Assembly (NCBI GenBank): GCA_963924565.1
Contig: OZ004612.1
Span: 9,672,001-9,736,000 of the forward strand
From: Ascidiella aspersa
Lineage: Eukaryota
Length of the DNA stretch: 64,000 nt
Direction: 5' to 3'
This document shows positions 1-12,900 of this stretch, in pieces (position 1 is the stretch's first letter; each line of letters starts with the position of its first letter). Made by a program: the position numbers and the translations under genes. The notes beneath the pieces were generated by a model. It was given only the letters and a program-made list of their open reading frames with translations, was not told the origin of the DNA and ran no database searches.

Positions 1-3000
1 AACGCTTATCATAAGGTTTATTGCGCCAAAGGGTGTAACCCGCCGGTCTAGCTTTGTTAGGTCAGTTTTAGTATTAAGATATTTCAGCTTGGTTCGAAAA
101 AACTTTCTGAAGATATGCGATATGTTTAACTGGGTTAAGAAACAGGCATTTCGCGTTGTAGGTCGACGGTTTAGTGATCAAAGTGACATGATGATTGTTT
201 ACCTTAAATGAGTTCATGTTTTGCTTGGTATGTTAAAGTGTTTAAAAGGGACATTTCGATACTTCATTGCTCATAAAACAGCTCCACAATGATGAACTTT
301 GTTGTATGGATACGTATTTATTTGTAAAACGAAAGTTGTGATTTTATGGTCGTATGCGAGTTAAACTGCTTGTGCTGTTGCCTGATATTTGACATGTCTA
401 AATTGCGATCTTTGACTGTGTAAAAAAAGGAAGTCACATTGTTTTAAGACATATGTTCTTCATTTGGTGACAGCAGCCAGTCATACCTATAGTGCTTGTG
501 TATGACCACTGCGTTAACAAGTTAATATTAAACTTACTATCAATTGCCTCCATAGCGGTAGTTAGACAGATTCATGGGGTTTGAAGTGTTTTTTAGACAA
601 TTACATGACTTTAATAATTTTTATAGAAGGAGAACTACAATTTTGTTTAACTTTCTTAGGGTTACCGACACTAGAAATGTTGAGAACCACCAGACCAAGC
701 TATAACAAGCACAAAACGCCTAAAATTCTCTTAACTTGAGTCATCTGTAATATGGAATGTCAAAACAAAATAATTGTGTTGAAATCAGAAAGCAGAACTT
801 GTAGCTTGCCCACAGTTCGATTACTACATTATATTTATGAAAAAGATTAAATAAATGTGGGAAAAACAAGTGCACTTGCTCCGGTTCGGTTGGATTCTTG
901 CGGCATTCCGGTAGGAAATACACCTGAAGCACTACAAGGGGCATAAAGGTCGCTCAGAGGGCGGAGTGTGTTTCCCGTAAGCGTCCCCGCGTATGTTTAA
1001 CACACGAAAGCGCGTGTGTTCGACAAGGTGTAAATCGCGCCGAAGTCGAGACGGGGTCGCGGTGCTTCGGAATGCCTACTCAAAAAAACAGAAAGAAAAT
1101 GCAACTGTCCGTCACCCGACGACAAAAGACGAACTATCGCCTTACACAACAGCCTAGCCATTGTGCGCCTTGTTCGTCGCGACCCGCCAGTTGTCGTAAA
1201 CCAGGCTCCGCGCGCGAACGTTACAATTGTATCTTTTCGAGGCGGCGTTTACCAGTCCGAGCGGTTATCTCCGGTAATAAGCGCCCGCCGACCCGTCGCG
1301 ATACGAGCGGAGATTAGCCGGGCCGCTTATTGACCTGTTCGCCTTCTTTTTGTCGCGCGTTTTGCAGCCGATAGCCGCCGTTTGCGCTTATTGTATGGTG
1401 AGTCGCGAAACGCCGGCGACAGTCATTTGCTCGCTAACTGGTCAGCAGTTGTGGGACTTATGGTATGATTTTGGAATGTACGGAATGTTTCATTTGTGGT
1501 GCAGCCTTTAGTACAGAGAATAATTAACCATTAGTCAGTTTCGGTCCGCAGGGTTAAGACAGTTTTTGTTACACAGATAAAACAGAGTTTAGTTGACAAA
1601 CGTTAATCGCACACTTAACCATTGTCCTATAATAAGGGTAATTTAAAAAATATTCCACAGCCAACTCATTTTTATGAAACATTTAAGATTCATCTTGTTT
1701 CAGTTTTAGCATGATAGATAGCAGCTAGATCACCATGCGAAGACGATTTGCCATGTGGTTTTGTATTTCTTTGGATCTAACAAGTGTAATCAGTTTAGCT
1801 ATTTTGTAGTGTAGCAAAGTAGTGTTTTTTAGTTACGTGCCAAAAATAAACCCCGGTTTATCGCGGGTTAACCCCTTGAGTTCGCGTTTCCGCCAAACCT
1901 AAAATAGCCGTCCAAATGCCAGCAAAAACAACTTTGCCCGACGCTGCATTCCTGTAGAGTCAATGTAACCTCGCTGCAGCAATGCACACTGTACTGTAGC
2001 AATCCACTGGGAGAACACATGTTAGAGGGGCATCGATTTTCTGCCAGGTTCTGGGCTGTCGATCGATTAAGATGTCCTTGGTGATGGGCTGGTTAAAAAG
2101 GCCTGGCTTCCTATTTGCAACGGCGCATTTGTGCATGGCAACATTAAAACTATTTTGATTCTGTGATATTTTACCTTTTGGTTATTTTTGTTTTAATGTG
2201 CCGCGTTAAAATTAACGGGTATTTGATTTTTTTGTCCAAAATGTGCAAAGTTGTAACAACAAACAGACTTAGATAAAGTGTTTTTTGGCCAATCTAAACA
2301 ACCGCTATAAAAAGCTATATTTAACCTTTTTTACACTAAGTGTAACAGCCGCTATATATAATAAAGAATCTTTTTACCACGGTTTGATACATATTACATG
2401 TAAATCGATCTTCGTTCAACCGACCTATATGAGGTGCGTTTTAGAAGCACAGATCGATAAAAATAACTTCCAAAACGGCCTTGTAAGTTTAACCGTACTT
2501 AGCTTCTTGTAAGCGAGACCACGCTTGCAGCAGGCCTTAATTGTCGAGGGTCCTTGAATCGTGGCAGATGTCAGTGTCGAGTGCCTTTAAAAACGGCACG
2601 CTGGCACTTGGCGGGTCTTTGTAGTTGCTGGTCACAACTCACAAGCTTTTCTTCTTCTATTTGATCGACTGTAAGGCTGAGTGGCGTGATGGCGCACGCG
2701 TGTATTTTGCTCTCGTCGAAATAGTGTGCGTTTGGACGTTATTCCAGTGAGTTTAGGACTTGTTTCGACGAATCTAAATCGTATTACGTATTAGATATTA
2801 CTGCAAATTTGGTTTTGGCCTTAATTCTTGCTTATTATAAATAATTCCGCCTTAGCTTTTGTTGTTTAGATGTATTTGTATGTGTTTTCGTAAAACCGAA
2901 TTTACAGACTTGGAATATGTATTTTTGTTTTTCTAATTTAGTTTTTGCTTTAAATTCTGGGTTTAACACTTAAAATCAGCCAGTCAATAAGGCCGTTTTC

Positions 3001-6000
3001 TGCAGTTTCATGCTGCACCTGCAAGCATTTCTGCCGTTTAGTCTCGACCTTTAAGGACAATCGCCGGTCGAAGTTCGTACGCACGAAGCGCTGCCAGCAT
3101 AGTATATAGACGTCGCGCGTAATGTAACAAATCGATTGAAACCCTCGCGAGCATCAAGACTGCGTATTAATCGTCTTCCTCGCCCTATATCGATGATGAT
3201 GTAAGGCTAACGCGAGACGTGGAATTGCAGGTCTCGTAATGACTTCCTGCTTATGAATCGAGCATTGCGTAGAAAACTGGGTCTGTGCGCTGCTGAAAAC
3301 GTTATATATTGAGCAACGACCGGCGCATTTCCGATTCGGTAATGTATAGTCGGTCAGGTGATATTGACAGGTTTATGCGCATCACGGCATTAGGCAGGAT
3401 TTTGGTTTAGCGTTGTTTCGCAAAAATTTGAAAAAGTCACGTTGGCCTTTAAAGTATAGGTGAATAAAATTGCTCAACTTTGTTAGGTTTGGGTTGTTGA
3501 TAAAGTCTTATTCGATGCATGTAATAGTCAATCTGCAGCAAAACTTGTTAATATTTATTTTGTTCTGTATTATAACAGCATAGTTAAGTCTTAATGGCAC
3601 ATTAGCGCTGGGAGCCAGCTTATGCGCTCGAATCAGTGTCCAGGCAGGCAGCACACTACACCCACCGTTTAGTAATCATGCGCAACCAGTACCCTAAATA
3701 ACACTGTCATTTGACGCCTGACATCGTAAAATTCAGCGTCCTGCACATATTTCGACGAACAGTGCGTGCCAGTCGGGTCTTCAAATGCCTTGTCACTTTG
3801 AGCAGTACACACAGGTCACAGGTGCAGATAGACGAGGTATTTTCGGCCCATGATGCTTTGCTGCTAGTTTGAACCATGTGAACTGACTGGAGATTCTTCG
3901 AGAGATCTTTAAAATGTTATGGCGGGAGGAAAGTAGCATTTTCGTGGAAGTGCTTCACCCGGAAACAACGTGCTTGGCAGTTAGCGTTAGCAATTTTTGC
4001 CTGGCATGTGCTTTTGTTACAGGCATCTAGCGTCCTATCTCATATCGCAGTAAGGCCTCGGCTAAATACCCGTTTGGCAGCGTCCGTGTCTGTATTTTGT
4101 CTGTTACATTACTGCAAACTTGGATTCGTATTTGAATCAAGCCTTGCGCAAAGCGTGGGTATGTTTTTTAATGAAGAGGATATGTTTATATTTTTAACCA
4201 CTCTACATTTTCCTTATCTTAGCTGTACCTAACCAGCCTATGTTTAAAAAAATGTAGTATTTCCTCTCATAAGCTTTCACACTAAAAACCCTGGATACCT
4301 ATCGTTCGCAGCACCGGAAAAGAGTAATTATCGATACTTTTATTTTTTTCGAAACGTGAAATACCACTGAAACCTACTAATGCTGTTTGTACGCGTGAAC
4401 CCGTTTTCGTGTTATTTCGGTTCGTTGCTACAAATGCCGAGGTTTCACCAGCTTTTTAGAACCGAATCGACCTCATAAAGTCATCTTGTATTTTGTCGAT
4501 AAAGTGCTAAAAACTGAAGGAAGCCGAATATCGCGACTGTGACGTAACGCTGCGTGGTTGTGACGTCGTTGTGTGCCGATCTGACGCGTGTACGTGATTA
4601 GTCGTCAGGTGTCGTCTTCTCGAGACTACTCAAAGTGTTAGCATTGTTTTCTATAGTTCGCTTTCTTTGTATTGAGATCTATAACGTTGTAGAATGTTAT
4701 GTAATCGTGGAAAGTGCTCCACGCCTTCACAAACAGAGAACCTTTTAGTTGTCACTTTTTTACTGCTCCTTGTCTTTAAATAATTCAAAACGCTGGCATA
4801 AAAATTGTCTCCCATACGCCTTCGGTCGTATATTCAAACCCGCTTTTAAAAGTGAATTTTTCAGCTGGCGCATATTTTTACAAAAATAAAACGGAAGCTA
4901 CTCTGTTTATTTAGACAAAACTAAACCAGGCCTTTATAAAAAATATTTGCTTGCTATGTGTAACATCATTTAGGAGGCACCACGAAAAAATTTCTAGAAT
5001 CTTTCGGGAGTTAAATTCTCAGGCGAAGCAAATACAGGGACGTCTATCAAAATTGTTTTCCAACCGTCGGAGGACATTCCCCGGCTTTCCAGGCATTCGG
5101 CGGGATGTTTATTCACGGCTCGCAGTTGCATTGTGACGCCTCCCGAGAGCGCCTGCTGAGCGAATTAGGCGCGCCTCGTCGAATTCGCCGCCCCAATTTT
5201 CGCGTCGACTCCCATAGCTTGCTTCCGCTATTGCTGCTGCTTGGTGCTGTCGTTACTAAACGCCCAGGCATTCGTTTTGACAGCCCGCCTTTTTTAATGG
5301 CTACATAACAAGTTGCACCGGTTGGAGAGATTGTAATTTACTGCTGACGAGCTGGCAAATTATAACGGAGGAAGTACACAGAGAAAAAGTGGAGTTTCAG
5401 TTTGTTTTCAGTTTATCGATCTAGACATTTTAATGTCGTTGCGCCCCAGAAAAAGCAATAAGTGGATTTTTAATATCCTCATTTTAAAAAAGATCTGTCC
5501 TGAAATCAATTTATCCAATAATAACATTCAGTAGATCTTCTTCCAAATTGATTATGAATAATTTTTTTTTTAATTTAAACAATTAAAAGAGTAATAAAAT
5601 TTAACCCATTTTTTATATTTGAACAATCAAAATACCAAAATACTCTTTCAGAGTTTCGTTTTACCTTATTTGGAAATAATTACCCACAAGTAGAAAATCA
5701 CTGCCCTACGGAAATATACCGCGAGTGTACAAACAATGTATAACGCGACTCGCATACGGAGACCGGTTTGTTTTACTTTGCGACCTGCTGTCGTCCGAAT
5801 TTTACTCCATTAGCGTTGTTGACCTATACGCACACTGCTCTCTATACGCACACTGCTCGACGCCTGTGGTTACTGCAGTACAGCTAAGTCCCAATTAGCG
5901 TTTTGGCCGCTATGTTTTGCCTTGCGTCGTAAAGCAGACCTATTAACTCTGACTACTTGCTTCTCGTCGGACAAAGTGTGCCTTGTTGCTTTCGCTAATT

Positions 6001-8162
6001 GCGGCCCGCAGCGCTACAACACGCCAGTATGTTGGGCTTGCAAATTGCCGCTTTTTAAAGCCGCAACCAGCAATAGCCACCCAACCGACTATTATACGGT
6101 TTAAAAACAGCCCTTTTGTTTTGATTGGCACCTGCTTATTTGTGTACGCCTGACGGTCGTTGCAATTTAAGAATCATCAGCGTTTGGTCTTTGCTCTATA
6201 TAGATTAGCGCCGGTAATAGCCATATCGAAGTGCATATATAGGTTTGTGTATTTCTGTTGAAATGAATGTGTGTGCTGCTCTCGCCACAGCAGATTAAAA
6301 CTGGCTCGCAACGGCCGTTTGCTGCCTAAGCCCCAATTAGCGATTAGCGCCTCGTAATAACCCCAACAGCTCCGAGACCATTTGTTTGCACATAAACTCA
6401 CTCTAGTTGTATTCGCAGCAACACGGCCTTGTCCATTTTCGCCGGTTGTTCATATTGCCGGGACCTCAATTAGCGAATAATCGCACCAAGTTAATTGACG
6501 CGAGTCCCAAAATCCCGAGCGAACGTGCCGTTGACGCCGTGCGACGAATTGCCCATAGAGAAAGAGAAATGCCGCGTTTTCTGCCTTTTTTCTTACAGCG
6601 CCCGTTTAGCCGCCGGGTCCTGTTGTTATTCGAAGCGCTGCTGCTGTTGTTCGAAGCATTATTTTGCGCATTTTTAACGAAAAGGAACGAATTCTCTTCA
6701 GGCAGCCTGCCTCGCAGTTTTGTTTTTGCAGCCAGTTAGCGTTTTAGCAGCGAACTACGTTAAACGAGCCGCGCCATGTTAGGCAGTAAATGTGTTGCTT
6801 TTGGCTCAGAACATATTGGAAGTGTTGAAGTCCGGTTAATAAACAAGTAGCCGCCTTTTTTAATTTTGATCTTGTAGTTAGCGATTTTGCGCTGCTTTTT
6901 AAGGCAAGCTCTGCTTAGCAAGCTGTAACACACGCTCGACTGAAGGCAAAGTGAGCTTTAAGCTATTATGTAGCGTTCCAGGAGGTTTATGTTACATAAA
7001 GCGTTCATGTTGCCTATTTTTTAAATATGTTCTAGTCACAGTTGCAAGTTAACAGTCAGTTACTTAAAAAGTCAAAATTCATTTCTCCCTTTTCGTATGG
7101 CAGGCACCTATACAGGCCGAACCCTAATTTTCGACTTACCCACCGCAATGAACCGCCCAATCGGAGCGGAAGCTTCATTCACAGTCAGCCCCCAAAACCC
7201 ACAATTTGGTGCCGGGCACAAAAGAGCCAAATAGCAATCATGCAACGGCAGCGTTCTATTGCGCCGAGTCGGAAGTAAGGTCGGCAGGTCGGACAACGCC
7301 GTCGCGCTTCGCCTAACGCCCATGGAGGCCTTAGCGCGAATTCCTGAAGCCTTTATGTGTGAAAGGGGGGGTGGACCCCCTTGCGTAAACACTGCCAAGA
7401 GCATTCATGGGCGCTGTTCCGAGATATTGCCGCCCGAGAGATTGCACTGAAAGGCGTTTTTTATAAAGGGCGGACTAACAGGTGTGCTGGGTTGAGGTGT
7501 CCTGTGTAAAGTTTCGCTGTTTCAGTACTAGGTTTTGACTTTGCAGCAATAGGCGTATTTTTTGACATATATGTCTTTAGGGTTTTAGTCATTTTTATAC
7601 TTTCCTTTAGTGGAGCTTTTTAATCACGACTTGTTGGTTTGGAAAATGTCTATTAGAGATTGCTGTGAACTATTAACAGAAATCGTTCGCCTGGTTAATT
7701 ATTTTAAACACAGCTTTTAACATAACAAAAACGTCTAAATTTATATTTGAAATGTCGTCTACTTCTGTGAAGTTTTTGTTATTTGTTTTGCTTGTTGGTT
7801 TTGCCCAAATCAAAAAGGCATGATTGTTAATCTCTGCCTATCAACATATTTTGGTAGCACCGGAATATGCGTTGACGTACAACTTACCGCGATCTACAGT
7901 TAGAAAAACAAGACACGAGTTTGCAGCCAAGTTTATTTGACCTCGGGTAGTCGAGCATAGAAAGGCAAAGACAACAAACAGACGAGCCACCTACTTAACC
8001 CCCCTTCCTTTCTTCGCAGAATTTACGTGTAACAATAACACAGAGAGCTATTTTAGGGATCTGAACTTGACCTTCTAAATAAACACAGCGCCCTGCAATA
8101 TTCAGTGGCCACAGTTTGCGTTCATTTTACTCAAAAGTGCAAAAAATCAAAAGAAACAAGAC

Positions 8163-8225
8163 ATGAAGCATTTGGTCGCAGTGGACCACGTCGACAAGGC
8201 GCTTGTAATCGAGTCGCCCGACCAG
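8163..8225 (+). CDS. Candidate alternative first coding exon of cytospin (MKHLVAVDHVDKALVIESPDQ)
   Basis: ATG + 21 codons ending CAG|GTACGT, phase 0, so in frame with exon 9856; TAAATAAA at ~8075 and Inr-like TTCAGT at ~8101 upstream. No homology support. Confidence 0.4.
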
Positions 8226-9855
8226 GTACGTAACAAACGCCCCATTGTGACGTCACTAAGCGTCGCGAAGCTGCCTGTGCGTCGCTCTCAGGGGCCCAAG
8301 TGCACGGTCAAGTGGGACTCGTATCTATTTAGCGACGAGTGCCCTCGGCCCTGTTTTAGTGGTTGGGGTTTGAAGTCAACATCCACCTAACATACTAAGC
8401 AGGTGGATTTGGTTATACATATACTGCATAGTTAGATATAGATCAGTTTTGAATGAGCTACTTAGTATTCGCATGATTATAATTGTGATATAGCCCTTAA
8501 GTCGTGGTTAACTATAGCGGCGCACATACAAACACTTTTTAAATATAACACCTGATTGTAGACTAGTTTTCTGGCGAATTACCGCTTTGTTTAACTAAAA
8601 AGATGGACTGCGTTTAGGTTGGTTTTAAATTAAAATAAAAAAAACTTTTTAGTTTAGCTTTTGTTGTAGGTTACTGCTTCAGTGCAAAACACAACTAAAA
8701 CGGTGGAACATTTTGAAAAAGAAAATTAGAGCGTCCATCCAAATTGAATAATATTATGGGTGTACGTTTTCTTGACAGTCTTTCACGTTTTTTCTCGAGT
8801 GCTGCACTCGAAACGCGCAAAGGCACGCTTCAGATTTGCCCTTTCCATCACCAAATCACCATCAATCTTTCGGCCTCCGCCTAAAAAAGCCTTCACACAA
8901 ATGCAAAAGGGCGCGCGCACGACCCGAGTCGACGCATCAGCATAAACCAAAGCCGCAGCGGCGTCGACGCAAACACACAAATCTCGGGACTCTGGAATGA
9001 TTGATGATCAGTCCAACATAATCGAGGCAAACAACCAGCTCTCGAATCTCGCGGGAAATCGGTGCTCTTTTTCCCGCAGCGGTCGGAAGCCGGACCTGAT
9101 CTCTGCAAATATTTGCGCGACGCCTTGGGCCTTGAATCTCGCGTAGATTTATATCGTTTACAGTAGCGGGGAGGGCGCCCGAGCCCTATTTAAGCCCCGG
9201 TGCCACTGGAACGGGTCGCCACAGTCACCGAGAGCGAACAATGGCGCCGATTGTGCGCCCACAATGCCTCGCGCTGTAATTTTCCTCTCCACCCCCCTCG
9301 GCGATTCTGTATATTGTGGTGGGGATGCAGCTGGCTGGAAAACACTGTTTGCAATTGAGTTAGAAGCGAATAGGAAAATAAGCCCTTTTTCAGGATTGTG
9401 TTAATGCGATGTTTGTCGCAGAAAAACGCCATGGCCCTTTCATAAAGCGACCGGAACCTTTTGTGCCTCATATTTTTCTGCAGACATGAATCAAAATACG
9501 CTTATAACAGGCTCAACGTTTAGTGAGGGGTTTACACAAGGAGTTCAAATAATAATTCAAACCTATGCAGAAGTAGATGTATTGTATATTACTGTTTGAA
9601 ACTAGTTATTTTTTAACATGGAAAGTTGAACGTTTTGCGGTGTAAAATATTCTTATCATTTTATCGGATTGAATTCCCAACGTTTTATTGTATTAAGTAT
9701 TTGTTGTGCTTTTAATGCAATAAACGTACATACAATAACTATTATTAGATTGTGAAATACAGATTTTTATCCATATGACGTCTAACACAAATCTTGATTT
9801 AAAATTGTAAGTCATTTGCAAACTCAATTTCAATTATTTCAATTTTCGTTTGAAG

Positions 9856-9964
9856 GACGAAAACGCCAAGCTGCGCGATCAGATGGACGCGATGATGATT
9901 TCCATGAAGCACAAAGACAGCGACAAATCACTGATGCTCAACAGACGCCAAAGACTCGGCCACG
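9856..9964 (+). CDS. SPECC1L: Cytospin exon ([14 protein letters not shown]...)
   Basis: AAG acceptor, G|GTACGT donor, phase 0-1, coiled-coil-like peptide. Confidence 0.75.
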
Positions 9965-12900
9965 GTACGTTCTTTGCAGCTACCAACGCCCATAAAGAAA
10001 AAAAGTTTTTGACTCAAAATAATGGCTTTTTTACAATTAAATGTTCTCTGCCGTAAGCATTTTGCAAACCAACTTTAAATTGACTTGATTTTCTACACAA
10101 TAGTTTTTTAATTCGACTTATATTCGCATGCCCGTAGCTCTTTAACGCTAAACTAGGTTAACCTGTTTTTAATTTGTGAGTTGAAAAAAAATATCATTAT
10201 TTTATCCCCAATTTGACGCAGTATTTCACAGTACTGGAAAAAACATCGTTCGAAAATAATCCAATTTTTAACACAATTTTTATACGATTTTGCTTTCTCA
10301 GCAGACCTTGACACTTTGTCGAACGACGACGGACTCAGCTCGTCCTTGGACGACCTTGCCTCAGCCACCAGCGGCGACGCCCTTCAATCGACCTCTGTCT
10401 CGCGATCCACATCCACAGAGAACCTTCTCGAAGACGCTTCATTCGCCTTCCAGCATTCCGGTAAGTGACCGAAAGGCCGGGGTTATTTTTCGGTCAGGTT
10501 TTTCCTGCGCGACTGTGATGTATTTTTCCCCTTTCGAAGCAGAGTTCGGCAAAGGATGGCTGAAACCGGCAGACTAGGCCTAGTTTTTGCCACATTGACT
10601 CCCAAATTGATCGCAGTTCATAACAAATTAACCACTGTTTTACTCAATAAAATTTGCTGCCACAAACTAGAACGTAAAATAACCGCAATTACCAAGCTTT
10701 TTTGATCAAAAAAATTGTCACGTTTGCTTAATATTTGCCCTAATTTTTTGCATTTGCACTTGCGTGGCCTGATTTCTGCGTTTGCACACAAATGACCAGC
10801 GGTTAACGCGCATTGCTATGCGGTTAATAATCGCCCGCAAATATCTCGGCAAAAGCAAATATTGGCCAAGCTGATGTCGACACCCGGTTTGACAAGAGGT
10901 AGTGCAATTGGCCTATTTGATAAGGCTATTCTGAACTAATAAGAAAATAAACATTGGTTTTAATGCTGCACGTTTCTTATTATGGCGCAACCGGAACAAA
11001 ACATGCATTGTGATATTTTTTCTAGTGTATTATACACCAGTGGTCTCCAACCTTTTTTACCCGACCCCAATTTAATTAAACTGAAATCAGCATTTGCAGG
11101 CGACCCCAGTTTGGTTTTAGATAAGTATTGCATGAATTAAACAACACAAGCGATTGATTAAGTTATATGCTTAAATTATACACAAATCCATATTCTGTTA
11201 TATTTAGTTTAACACTTTGATTATACTCATTCCGCTCGTTCAAATAACTAGCGCAATGAAATCACTAAAACTGCACACGAGGGTGAATGATGGCGACCCC
11301 ATAAAAACTTTAGGCGACCCCACATGGGGTTGCGACCCATAGGATAGAGACCACGATTATACACTATGTAAGAAATTTTCCGCACCAAAAATATTAAATA
11401 CAAGTGTTATTCAGATGAACCTTTAGATTTAAAAAAAAATCTGTTAAAAATAAAGTTTGTTTTATAAATTTATATGGTTTTCTTTCCTAACTTCACTATA
11501 AGAAAACGAGATAAACCCGTTCGAACACAGTGCAACCGGTTTCGGCAACTGACAAAAACTCGACTATTTTAGGAATTTTAACTGTAAACAGCCCCGCTGG
11601 CCGCCGATAAATTTCCCGCCTTGCCTAGAAAAAGCCGCTAATCCGCGGTCCGCCGCGTTCGCATGCATCCGCTCAAGTTGTTTTTCAAAATCTCATTTGT
11701 TGTGATTCAAAAACGCAGCGTCACGCTCGGACGACAAGACGTCGGATTGCGCGCTAAGCGAGTCTTCGTCGGTGACGGTTGCGTGCCTAACGGAGCGTAT
11801 CCACCGAATGGAGGAAAGCCACATCAGCACCAACGAGGAACTGGAGGCCACTGTACAGGTGATTGACTTACTTACTGACTGCTGCGAATATATACGGTTA
11901 AGTGAAATGCTTGTGCGCTCATTCCATACCCAGTTCTGGAACTGTTTTAATATATGCAGTGGTCGACAAACTGCGGGCCGATGCCCAAATGTGGTCGTTT
12001 TAGCCCTTTTCAGTGTTTTTTTTTATGTAGTTGTGAGCCGCCTTTTTAACTTCTGTGTGTTGTGGTTTCAATTTTTGCCCGGATTACGTTTTTTTCTACA
12101 TACTGGCAAGACTATGCTTGGTCACTTTTACCTTGGTAAAGGGTTGCAAAATGCCTTAGTTTGCGGTGGAAAAAGCAACTGCTTCAAAAAGTTACAATCT
12201 TTACTGGATTGGCTTTTTGTCATCCAGAAGTGTAAGTTATTACTTAAAAAGGAAAGGGATTTGCGTATGATCCTGCATTTATTTTATACTTCATTATGTT
12301 CCTCAAATGAATGCTCGACGCAGTTTTCATAGAAGTGAAAAAATAAAATCGAAGGTTAATAGAATTACAACACAACGAGTATAGAAATGCAATTACAAGT
12401 TAAATTTACTCAAAAATTCTCCTAAGAAAGTTATAAATTTAGACAAGAGAATGGGAAAACCGCTATTTTCGTCACTTATACGCTTCTACCGGATTTTGAG
12501 CCACTCTTTAAATAGGGCAAGAAATCAGTTTCGAAATAGCGCCCTTCGTTGCAATTTAGAAACTCTTAATTCGGTCGCGCATCGTGCACTTTTATACGCC
12601 ACTATTTCTGCCACCTTCGTGACTTGAGTGAGCAACTGACACCTCGACTAGTGTATTGCAATACGCACTTGTTGATCAGCGAACGCACAGCCCCATCAAA
12701 CACCCCGATTGTTCGCTGAAACTGCATCAATCAAAAACACCTCAATTTATCTACTTCCTTCTGAGACAAAGGTCGACCAGCGTATATGCCGTAAATACCG
12801 GGCAAAAACCTTCACGAGTCGCTATTTGCCTTTTGACGCAGCTCTTTGATTAGATTTTATTGCTTGCCGAGTTTGCGCGAACGGCGGTCACGATTTCCAC

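Noticed and set aside
11859-12332. Extension of the 186-aa ORF past the cytospin exon
   Set aside because: Read-through into intron after the CAG|GT donor; includes a MITE end fragment (CAGTGGTCGACAAACTGCGGGCCG).
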